A stretch of DNA of 64,000 nucleotides from Octopus vulgaris (taxonomy: Eukaryota): positions 27,838,001 through 27,902,000 of the forward strand of contig OX597815.1 in assembly GCA_951406725.2 (NCBI GenBank), in the 5' to 3' direction. Made by a program: the position numbers and the translations under genes. The notes below the pieces were generated by a model. The model searched no databases, was not told where the DNA came from, and saw only the letters and a program-made list of their open reading frames with translations. Position 1 is the first letter of the stretch, and each line of letters opens with the position of its first letter. Shown here piece after piece: positions 35,800 through 47,000 of the stretch.

Positions 35800-37650
35800 T
35801 CAATTATCTCCAGGTAATAAATTAAATGGATTGTTTTCATTGCCAAACTTTAAGTCTATATACTTATTTGACTTTCCCTTATCCAAAATTTGTATTTTTA
35901 TTGTTTTTTCAGTTGAAGCTTTCTCTTTTCCATCTTCTGTTTTAAGTAAATCATCAACATTAGTAACACACAGTCTAATTGTACAGCCTTTATTGATGAG
36001 CTCCCGTTCATGTGCTAGGGCTAGCTGAGATACAACAAGTCTTTCAACTTCATGCTTGATAGATCTAGCTCCATAGTTAACGTTGTAGCCACTAGTTAGT
36101 ATATCAACCACTAAATGATCCCAAGTAAGCTCAATACAATGCTTTGATCTTGCACGATCAGCCCAAAATTTCAGTTCTTTAACAACTAGTTTGCTGAGTT
36201 CTGCAGGAGAAAATGGCAAAAAGTAAACAATTTCATTTATCCTACCTAAAAATTCATCTCTTCTAAAATGATGTTTGAGAATTGGCTGTACAACGTGATC
36301 TTTGAATTTTTTTGAAATAACAACATCTGATACTTTTATATCTTCTAAAGAGTCAGAATGCTTCAGTTTTGATACTTCTGCAGCTTCTTCGCGTAACTGA
36401 ATGGCATGGTTTGCTATTTCATCATTAGCTAAATTAGATGTCATGATAAACAGAGCATCTTTGCATTCAATTGTTTTGCCTTTGCCGTCAGTCAATCGAC
36501 CTTCGTCAAATAATTGTAACATAATGGTAAGTATATCTGGATGAGCTTTGTCCACTTCATCAAACAAAACCACAGCATTCGGATAATCTGTCAATTTCTT
36601 AGTCAACTGACCACCTTCTTCATGACCAACATAACCAGGAGGTGAACCTATAAATTTTGCGACTTCATGTTTTTCTTGATACTCGGACATATCAATGCGG
36701 ACAAAACCTTTTTTAACATCCTTATGGAGGTATTTCGCCACTTGTTTAGCAAGTTCCGTCTTACCTATACCAGATGAACCAAGAAAAAGAAACACCAGTG
36801 GATGGTCTTCGTCATACCACCCATTCTCTTTTCTCCGAATAGCAGCAGCAACATTATTGATAGCGCCTTCTTGTCCAATGATATGTTCTTTAAGTCTTTG
36901 TTCAAGAGGATATTTGCGTCTACCTTCCAGCTCTTTCTTTGCTTGCATTTCTTTGAATTTTTTCTCACTGTCAATTAAAGTTTTTTTCATATTCTGTGTT
37001 CGAGCGTAATCATATGGTTTGTGACCCAGTTCATTTTCAGCTGAAGGATTAGCCCCAGCATTTAACAACTGTGCCACAATATTTAAATCATCAATAAGCA
37101 CAGCATAATGAAGGGCTGTACAACCTTTGAAATTCGCACGGTTGCTAAGTCGATCAAAGAATTCTTCTTCTCTCGTTAAAAGAACTTGGAGTGAATTCAT
37201 TCTTTTTTCTCGGGCAATCTTCAAAGAGTTACTATATTCATCTCCCAGCTGTACATCGGCACCAGCCTTCAGAAGCATCGAAATTGCAGCTGAATTTCGG
37301 TTAATAACAGCTAACTGAAGTGGTGTCCACCCAAGAACGTGTCTTTGGTTAACATCCACACCAGATTTTATTGCTGCTTCAATTCCTGAGGTGTCAAATA
37401 TCTTTATGGAATTTAATAGTCCCTCGTTGCCATTCGAAAGATTACCCGCGCAAAATGCAACGCATCCAATTGCAAGAGAAGAATAACCGACAAAACGGCA
37501 CGGGTGAAGATAAACGGATTTCACTTTTGTAAAGCAAGGTACAACAGAATGCCATAAGGTATATTTCCTAGAATAATAGCGATTTACTGTCCTGAAAACT
37601 TGCAATGGCGTTCGGTTCAAATTAACCATGAGAAACCTGAATAATGCCAT
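35800..37650 (-). CDS. CLPB: Mitochondrial disaggregase CLPB/Skd3, single-exon CDS, 616 aa from the first ATG
   Basis: Arg-rich N-terminal targeting peptide. Ankyrin repeats ([16 protein letters not shown]). Walker A GSSGIGKT, pore loop GSPPGYVG, Walker [10 protein letters not shown], sensor-1 IMTSN, sensor-2 GAR. The ORF track starts at an upstream TTG (37656). Confidence 0.96.
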   Translation of the reverse strand: MALFRFLMVNLNRTPLQVFRTVNRYYSRKYTLWHSVVPCFTKVKSVYLHPCRFVGYSSLAIGCVAFCAGNLSNGNEGLLNSIKIFDTSGIEAAIKSGVDVNQRHVLGWTPLQLAVINRNSAAISMLLKAGADVQLGDEYSNSLKIAREKRMNSLQVLLTREEEFFDRLSNRANFKGCTALHYAVLIDDLNIVAQLLNAGANPSAENELGHKPYDYARTQNMKKTLIDSEKKFKEMQAKKELEGRRKYPLEQRLKEHIIGQEGAINNVAAAIRRKENGWYDEDHPLVFLFLGSSGIGKTELAKQVAKYLHKDVKKGFVRIDMSEYQEKHEVAKFIGSPPGYVGHEEGGQLTKKLTDYPNAVVLFDEVDKAHPDILTIMLQLFDEGRLTDGKGKTIECKDALFIMTSNLANDEIANHAIQLREEAAEVSKLKHSDSLEDIKVSDVVISKKFKDHVVQPILKHHFRRDEFLGRINEIVYFLPFSPAELSKLVVKELKFWADRARSKHCIELTWDHLVVDILTSGYNVNYGARSIKHEVERLVVSQLALAHERELINKGCTIRLCVTNVDDLLKTEDGKEKASTEKTIKIQILDKGKSNKYIDLKFGNENNPFNLLPGDN

Positions 37651-37799
37651 ATTCAATGCGATATCGTGAGTTTTTAAGTAAAAAAAAGATGTAAAATATT
37701 CTCAAAGGAAAACAAAACAAAACAGTGAAATGTATTAAATTCACAGAAATGGTAAATAGTTCATTGAAGGATTGATATTCTTAACATATTGATAAAGAA

Positions 37800-39500
37800 A
37801 GTCAATTAACCTACCACAAAAAGTTGTTAATTCCGGATACACAAACGGTACGTAGTATGTCTGTTCCCCGTGGAAATAAATTCCAGTGCTCACTCGACAA
37901 CATCGAGAAGTGGTGGCAAATTGCGATTGGTAAAGTTGCATGCGCCAAATGAAGCAAACATGCACACTCTCTCCTGATGTCTTTTTGAGCCTTTCTTTTC
38001 CCATCCAATTGTTTATGCCTTCTCTCCATCTCTCTCTGAAATGAGGCACAGGCCAAATACTTTAATCGAAATATGAAAACTATAATTTCTGCTTTATACC
38101 TTAGTATACAATTGTGTAATCAATTGGATTCAGAACTCTTCATGCTTGTCATTGGATATGAAAGAAATACAAATTATCAGTGTTCGAGGAAACTGGCAGG
38201 TTGTCTCTGTTGGCAAAAATATACTGCGAGGCTGATTTGTTTTAATAAGTTCCTATGTTTTAGAGAGACCTGCAGTTTCAAGGAACTTTTCGTCTGAAGG
38301 CAAATTTTTTTTTTTGGGACAAAGAGTCTATCCCTGAAACATCAGATTCATTTTCTCTCTACGGCGTACGAACTTATTCGAAACTTATTACTTTGAAACA
38401 CAAATACTAAAAAAAGTATTTGTTACTTCTGATGTATTGGATAGAGCAGTGGTTTTCAACCAGGGTTCCACAAGAAGTTACAAAACTGCTAAAATCGGCA
38501 GTAATTTTTAATTCTCATGTGCAGATATGTGTGCATAAGACTATTAAATTATTGCACAGGGTTTCCTCGAGCCAGTGGAATGTTTCCTTGGGGTTCTGCT
38601 CCAGCAAAAAGGTTGAAAAGCACTGGGATAGAGTCATACCTACATTGGGAATGTGAAAATACAACCTTCAATCCATATCTCAATTGGGGTTTTGAAAGTA
38701 TATTGCATCATAAGATTGAAGGAAGGTATCATTCAATCCTTTTCTCTTCCAGAAATCTGGTTGCATATTATCAAGTTCAGTCCATTTAATGGGAAATTAC
38801 TTACTTTTGATGTCAAAAATAATGTTTAATAGTTGTTTCTACAGATCTATCCGAAACTGCAGAAGGATTTAGAGAAGGAGGATCTGGAGGTGTTCCTTCT
38901 ACTTGTTTAATCGCTTCAGCTGACCTGTGGCTTTTAGCTTCGACTTATTCGTACTTTTCGTGTCTTACCCAGCCCCGGAAAATTGTTAGGGATGATTGTT
39001 TTCCACACAATTGTACAAAAGTAGCAATATTTTTCAAGCCTATGTAACACTTACGTCTCTTACATAGAACTCCCAACTCCCATAAGAATTTTCTTCGATT
39101 GTTTCAAAGAGTAATAGAAGAGATCACTATACAGAGCTTAAAGTTTTGTTTAATTTGGTGGAGCTCTGATCGAAGCATACCAATTAACCCGTCGTAACGT
39201 TTTAATTTCTTTTGTATTTCTAGAAAAAGTTTGCGCAGTCAACCTGGAAGTGACAAACGAAGACCGATATCAAAAGATTTGAGGTCAATTAATAGGTATA
39301 CAACAGACTGATATGTCCGTAAGTTCAACGAGGGGGAAAAATGCTATTAACTAAGTTTCAAATAGTTACAGCAGAACTGTGTCAATGACCAGGTCACAGT
39401 GGGGCAACGAAAATTTTGCAATTTCAAGAATAAATGAGAATTTAAGAAATTTTGAGTTTTTTAAATGGCTAAGATGGCTCTTCCATGAAGTAATTGTTTT
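37800..39500. promoter_or_regulatory. Probable divergent promoter region between CLPB and WDR3
   Basis: Head-to-head genes; more CpG and fewer repeats than the flanks. ETS-like GGAAGTG near 39246, YY1-like AAGATGGC at 39471, NRF1-like TGCATGCGC near 37937. TSSs not determined. Confidence 0.4.
38447..38625. mobile_element. hAT-type MITE, same family
   Basis: Same TIR and body; perfect 8-bp TSD GGATAGAG. Confidence 0.9.
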
Positions 39501-40859
39501 CTTTCCAACAAAAATGAATTAATCTCAATAACATATGGAAATAAACAATACAGACCAAATAATTTCAGATCGAGTCACAAGTTTGACAAGTATAGCGTTA
39601 AAAGGAATAATAATGTAGGAAGAACTCTTTACATGTACACCGTTTACTTTTAGACATTGGCGATAACTGCTTCGAGGAAGCACGTGTTGATACAGGATTA
39701 TGGTTAAAGCAAGCACGTGTTATTTACAAGATTAGGGTATGTAAAAAGGGTAAATTTTGGCGTATTTATTGACAAGTTTTAAAACTACTTTAGTTATGTC
39801 CTATTAATGCGAGAAATATATACAATGATGAAAGTATCAGTATCGTACTGCTCCACTTGTTTCATTTTTCTTTTCTAAAGAATGAAAATTTAATTACCAA
39901 TGTAAATAAAATGTATTTCTACTCTTCAAATGCAAACTAAATGTGTTTATACACTTTGGAGTTCTTTCATATTACAACCGTAAACTCAAAAAGAAGATAC
40001 AAAAATACCTCGTCATCACAAAATAAAATATTAAAATCGTAAAGTTTACTTGTTTTTTTAGGAGGTTGAATGATAGAGTTTCCAGTAAATAATAGAAGTT
40101 AAAATTTATTACTATATTTTATCATTTGCTTTAATTAATTGTGACCGGCCTTATTCGATGTTTATTTACATTCTGGATTTTACACCTTTGAACCTTTTTG
40201 GTTTTAAATCACTGTCAAGAGTGCATTTCTTATTTCCCTCTCTTATAAGTGTTTTTTGAAAATCGGTTCGTCGATGTTTAATAAAAACAAGGAGTTTTGA
40301 GTCACAGAACTCTTTTAACAGATGAATCTCTAATAACTACCCCCAAAACGGTATATCTTAATATCTTTTTCATAAATAAAGAGAAAGTAATTATGAAGAA
40401 AAATAAGGTAAAATATGTAATGACACACAAGATCCCTATTTCTCTTGAAATCTTGGTATTATATTGAATTCCGATGTTTTATACAACACAAAACCTCAGC
40501 TGAAAGAGAATGATATTTTCCATGTCTTTTCCAAAGGTATTAGTTTTATCCTTTTGGGATTGATAAATTAAGTACAGGTGAAACACTGGGGTCGATGTAA
40601 TCGGCTAGTCCCCTCCCCACCGAATTTCAGTCGCTGTGCCTACAGTAGAAAGAATTATTAGTATCAGCCAAGACGTTGATGAGGCTCGCATGAGCCTCGT
40701 CTCTACGTTGGTCCATATTATTACATCTCAGTATGTCAACAAGATGCTCAACTAAGCGATGCCTAACCTCGAGAAACGTGCAAATTTATAGCATAAAGGA
40801 AAATGAATGTAAAATAATGATTATGATGATAATGTTATTCTGTTTTCAGGTCATATGAA

Positions 40860-41030
40860 ATGGGTCTTACAAAGCAGTATCTTCGATACATTCACCAGCA
40901 AACATTTGGTATAATTGGAAGTCACCAATCAAATATTCAATTTCTGAACTATCACAACACATTTGGGAGATATGTGGCTGTTGCTGCCTGTGAAGATGTT
41001 ATTATTTGGGATTTGCGTAGTAGAAAAAAG
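40860..41030 (+). CDS. WDR3: WDR3 first coding exon (acceptor at 40850)
   Basis: ttttcag|gtcatatgaaATG..AAG|gtaaaa; 57 codons. Confidence 0.93.
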
Positions 41031-44000
41031 GTAAAAAAAAAAAAATCTTTTATTTCTCTATTTGAAATTTCTATAGAAAATCTTAGTGAAAGTTTTTCCA
41101 TATTGCATGGCTCAGGTAAAATGCATAGCTGTAGATTTTCATTGACTGGATGCCCCTCCTATTACCAACCTTCACCTGTTTTAAGTGAGGTAATATTACC
41201 CTTTGTCATTTGAATACAAACAGCACAAATTGCTGGACATATTTTCATAAAAGACTGCAAACAAACAACACCACTTATATGATGGTAATGTTTGTTTACA
41301 ACTGTCATGTGATGTTAAGATTGGAACACACATAGCAAGTATCTTTCAGTTCCCTTCTTCCAAATCCACTCACAAGACTTTGTCAGCCTGCCGCTATAGT
41401 AGAAGACACTTGCCCAAAGTGCTATGAGATAGAACACAAAACCACATGGTTACTTCTGTTCGTGTGTGTGTGTATTTATATATATGTATATATATGAACT
41501 TCAGTTGAAATATGTTTGTGACATAGTATAATTTCTAATAAATTCACTGCAGTTACCATGGAGAAAAAGTTCTCTCTTATAGTAAAAGATGTCAAAACAC
41601 CATATCTACCCAGTGCTTACCCTTATTGGATGGCCAGATGGCTATATATCTGAAATTAAGTTATTCAATACTGCAAAATTTTCTGTGCATGCTTCTCATA
41701 TTATTTTATGTTTGTTTCAGGTTTCAGTTCTAAAGGGTGAAAAATTTCCTGTCACAGCTTTGAAGGTGTCTCTGAATCACAAACAGCTGTCAGTTGGTTA
41801 TGTCAATGGTATGATTAATGTGTTTGATCTGGAGAATCAAGAGACCCTGTTCAAGTTTAACGGACACAGATCTGCTGTTACAGTTCTCAACCACAACAAA
41901 GATGGTTTCATTCTGGTCTCTGGAGGAAATGTGAGTACTTTTTGGTTAGAAATTATTTGATATATGTTTCAGGCGTTAGTGAGTTGTAGGTTAGAGGTTC
42001 AAATATTACCACTGTAAATTGAACCTTGGCTGTAAACTTGGTTTGTCAGTATTACCTATACCACAAAAATTGATTTAACATGGTGAGGATAAGTATGAAG
42101 TCTCATTTTAGGAAGCAGTCCAACTACTGAATGTGCCTACATTTATTCCACTGTTTGAATTTGGTGAAGTAACCTATTTCTTTACTACCCACAAGGGGCT
42201 AAACACAGAGAGGACAAACAGATTAAGTTGATTATATCGACCCCAGTGCGTAACTAGTACTTATTTAATCAACCCCAAAAGGATGAAAGGCAAAGTCGAC
42301 CTTGATGGAATTTGAACTCAGAACCTAGCGGCAGACGAAATATTGCTAAGCATTTCGCCCGGCGTGCTAACGATTCTGCCAGCTCGCCACCTATAAGTAA
42401 CCTGTGAATGTGAATGAGGAAGTAACCTGTCCTCATTCACATTGAAAAAAATATATGTAACTTGTTCAGTTATATTTCTTTTTATTACTTTTATTTAAAA
42501 ATAAGTTTTAGTTTTATATAGTCACTTCTCGTATATTTTTGTTACCACCAGTTTTCCTTCTAAGCTGTGCATATGAAGGCAAGTTTTATGTAAAAAAAAT
42601 GTGCTCACAAGGTTTTCAAATTGAATTAAAAATTTTTCAGTTGAAGCAATTTGAGTGATGATTACTCTCATAGATGTGCAACGAAAGACAAAATTTGCAC
42701 ACAAAGCCAAGATTCATGTTCACATCCACAGTGAAAACTTAGAAGGAACATTACTTACTGCTAGTCTTTTTACCCACCGTCACCAACCTGATTATCACTA
42801 TTATAACAGTAATAACTACTGTGATTTCTTTACCTATGTTGCTATGTTTGTAGGTGTTTGATTTGGTACCTTTAGGCCATAGGTCTGCTTAAGCATAGCT
42901 CATATTCACTGGAGTTACTCAACACGAAGCAGCACACGTGTCAATGCATGAATCATCATCATCATCATCGTTTAGCGTCCGTTCTCCATGCTAGCATGGG
43001 TTGGACGGTTCAACTGAGGTCTGTGAAGCCAGAAGGCTTCATCAAGCCTAGTCAGATCTGGCAGTGTTTCTACGGCTGGATGCCCTTCCTAACGCCAACC
43101 ACTCCGTGAGTGTAGTGGGTGCGTTTTACGTGCTACCCGCACAGGTGCCAGACAGAGCTGGCAAACGGCCACGAACGGATGGTGCTTTTTATGTGCCACC
43201 GGCATGGGGGCCAGGCGAGGCTGGCAACGGACACAAACGGATGGTGCTTTTTATGTGCCACCGGCATGAGGGCCAGGCGAGGCTGGCAATGGACACAAAC
43301 GGATGGTGCTTTTTACGTGCCACCGGCATGGGGGCCAGGCGAGGCTGGCAACGGACACGAACGGATGGTGCTTTTTACGTGCCACCGGCATGGGGGCCAG
43401 GCGAGGCTGGTAATGGACATGAACGGATGGTGCTTTTTACGTGCCACCGGCATGGGGCCAGGCGAGGCTGGTAATGGACACGAACAGATAGTGCTTTTTA
43501 CGTGCCACCGGCACGAGGCCAGTCGGGGCGGCGCTGACAACGGTCACGAATAGATGGTTCTCTTACATGCCACCGGCACTAGTAACACATCTGCAATTTC
43601 CATTGATCGATTTCGATTCTCATCCTCACTAGCCTCAACAGGTCTTCACGAAAACAAATTAAGAATTATGTTATGATTATTTAATCCAGATCTAGTAATG
43701 TTCTATGTAACTTTAAATCTGAAACTGTGTAGGAACAGTGTTTGTAGAATCACACTGGCTGTTAAGTTAAGCTGTTCAGTTACTGATCATATGTTTGTAG
43801 ATTCATACTGTCAGTTTGATCATGTAACTCATAAAACAGGTAATTTGCTTACTTGATGGTTGGTGGGTTAAGGTTATGTGGGGTGGTAATGTTAGCTAAA
43901 TTTGCTGTGGTTCAGTATAAATTCTCAGCATTCTGAACCTGCATTTCTTGTTGGAATCACCTCATTTATTTTGTTAATACCTTAGAAATTGGGAGCATCC

Positions 44001-47000
44001 CATCTGTTATCCTTCCATTGGAAAGCTGAAATGTTCTGTTTTTAAATTTTTTCATCAATTCTTATCTTTATATTTGGACAATGGTTAGTAAAGTCTTTGA
44101 TCTACCTTCTTTACTTCCATTATTTTCTAATCCATTATCCAATGTAATCTCCTTTTGTCTAGTTTATATGATTTTTAACATGCTAACTATTTCAGGACAC
44201 TGATGTTATTTTGTGGGATCTACTGCAAGGAACTGGTATGTACCGATTAAAAGGTCACAAAGGAAGCATAACACAAGCAGTATTTCTTTCTGAAGATAAT
44301 GTATTAATTACCAGGTAATTCTTGGATATTGTTTGGTAAAAATTTTATTTATTTAAAAAATTTACTCTAATATAACAGGGAGCTGTGTTGTTGGTTATAA
44401 CTTTTATTGTGTGGTTCATAGTTTATATCATAAGATTTTTTATTGTTGTCTGTATATTAATATCTGTAGCTATGGGCTATATCTTAAGATCCATTGCCTT
44501 GTTATCATCTACATTATATGTTCCACAGTTGTAAATTAAAATTATCTTCTATCATCACATGACTCATAATAGATTCTGTGAACATTATATAACCTAGAAA
44601 TTGTTTGTAAGTTATCCATAAGAGTTGTGAAAAATTCTAAGTATTATTTCTCAAGAAAAAAAAATATATATGTACCTTCTGATGTCATATTGTGTCTTTA
44701 TAAAAAAGACCTGCCCATTACAACAGAATTGAGATCCTAAAACCGAGTCGTCATGTAAAAAACATTGGTGTGGATGCTGGTACCACATAAAAATCACTCA
44801 GTACACTCTGTAAAGTGATTGGCATTTGGAAGGGCATCCAGCTGTGGAACCAAGCCAAAATAGACTATGGAACCTGGTGTGGCCAGTTCCTCTCAAGCTA
44901 TCCAACCCATGCCAGCATGAAAAATGGACGTTAAATGTTGATGATGATGATGATTTTAAACTTTGATATTTTGCCTTTAACATTAAAATTTTGTTTCTAG
45001 CTCAAAGGACTCCTTAATAAAACTATGGGACTTGGACACCCAGCATTGCTTTGATACCATCATTGAACACCGCAGTGAGGTAAGATTCCTTTTTGAAATA
45101 TGGATAATCTTATATCCTCCTCTTTGTGATGGTAATCATTATCATCATTTTTTGGTTTGTGGTACTACATCCCATCATATATTTTAATGTTTTGTCATAT
45201 TTTTCTGCATCAGCTTGTAGCACTTTTTATATTTGTGTCAATCATCTCTTCTGTACGCACAATATTTTTTATTGAGAAGCCACATTTAAAATTTTTTGTT
45301 TAACTTCTTTAAGCTATTCAACAGACCATTCTTAACCCTTTAGCATTCAGATTATTCTGTCAAATGTAAAGCTTATGTATTCACACCATGTAAAATTAAT
45401 CTTGCATCATTTCATGGCTTTGAGATTTCAATGATGTGATTGTTTATTTTTAAAATGACACAATAAGGTAGCTATGAATGACCATATCTGACTAGTTTGA
45501 ACATAAAATAGGTAGAATATTTTGGCCGGGTATGGCCGGTTTAAACACTAATGGGTTAATCCTTCTGTGGCTATAAATTGTATTTTTATGTGTTATGCAC
45601 ACAAGTGCATATATATGTGAGTGTGTGTGTCTTAATTACATATTCAGATCTATATACCTCTTGTCAGGCATACATTTGTATAAAACTTGTCTAATTACGT
45701 TTTTGTGTTAGAAATTCAAGTTAGATGAGTGAGCTTCTAGTTTGGGTTAGTTTTTTTCAACTTCTGTACATGAAAGTAGTATTGGTTTAAAATTTTGGCA
45801 CAAGTTTGGGAGTTGAGGTAAATTGATTTCATTGATCATAGTCCTCAGTTGGTATTTATTTTATCTACCCCTAAGGCGGCGAGCTGGCAGGAACATTAGC
45901 ATGCCAGGCAAAATGCTCAGTGTTATTTCGTCTGCTGCTACGTTGTGAGTTAAAATTCTGCCAAGGTCAACTTTGCCTTTCATCCTTTCGGGGTCGATTA
46001 AATAAGTACCAGTACGTACTGGGGTCGATATAATCGACTTAATCCATTCGTCTGTTCTTGTTTGTCCTCTCTGTGTTTAGCCCCTTGTGGGTAGTAAAGA
46101 AATAGGTATTTATTTTATCGACCCCAAATGGATTAAAGGCAAATTCATCCTCAGAAGAATTTGAATTCAGAATGTAAAGACAAATGGAATGCTGTTAAGC
46201 ATTTTGCCCAACATGCTAACGATTCTGCCAGCTTGCTGCCTTGTACATGAAAATAATATTGTTACAGGATATAGAATGCATGTGAAGTTAAGCTAATCTT
46301 ATAAACATGAGGTTAAACCTTATTGTGACAGTCAAATGTTAATTGTAAAAGCAAATATAAACTGAAAGAAATTGTTATGCATAGTTATTTTTTCTTATTA
46401 CTAACAGTTTTAATGGTTAATTATCCATCATGATATGGATTAAAGAAAAAATGGTTCCATCTTCTTCAAAGGAAAAGCACCAGGAGCCTTCATCTCCAAA
46501 GATTTAATAAAAGATACTAAGTAGGCACAGGCATAAATGTGTGGTTAAGAAGCACATTTAGCTACCATCTGGTTTCAGGTTCAATCCCACTGCACAGCAC
46601 TTTGGGCAAGTGTCTTCTAGTATAGCCCCAGGCTGACCAATTTTTTGTGAGTGAATATGGTTGGCAGAAATTGTGGAAGCCCATCATAAGCGCATGCACA
46701 CTGATATATAAATAAATATGTATATATAGATATATTTGTACAAGCCATGTATATATATTTACACACACACGTGTGTGTCTGTGTTTGTTCCCCAACTGCT
46801 TGTCAGTAGGTGTTGCTTTGTTTACATCCCTATAATTTATTGGTTTGGCAAATGAGACCACTAGAATAAGTGCCAGACTTAGAAATAAGTACAGGGGTTG
46901 ATCTGTTGACAAAAAATCTTCAAGGCAGTGCTTCAAATATGAATGTAGTCCAATAACTGAAATGAGTGAAAAAGATAAAAGGGATAACATATTGAGAACA

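Noticed and set aside
35800-37656. Bacterial clpB from contamination or horizontal transfer
   Set aside because: Ankyrin plus single-NBD architecture with a mitochondrial presequence is the animal Skd3 type. The flanks are host-like.
38805-38925. Coding-looking segment on either strand (SAEAIKQVEGTPPDPP.. or IYPKLQKDLEKEDLE)
   Set aside because: Stops follow quickly, no UIM or other motif is recognisable, and it has no phase-compatible partner. At most a UTR exon.
43064-43553. CRISPR-like repeat-spacer array or repeat proteins
   Set aside because: The linkers are repeated, not unique. There are no cas genes, and the array lies within a eukaryotic retroposon.
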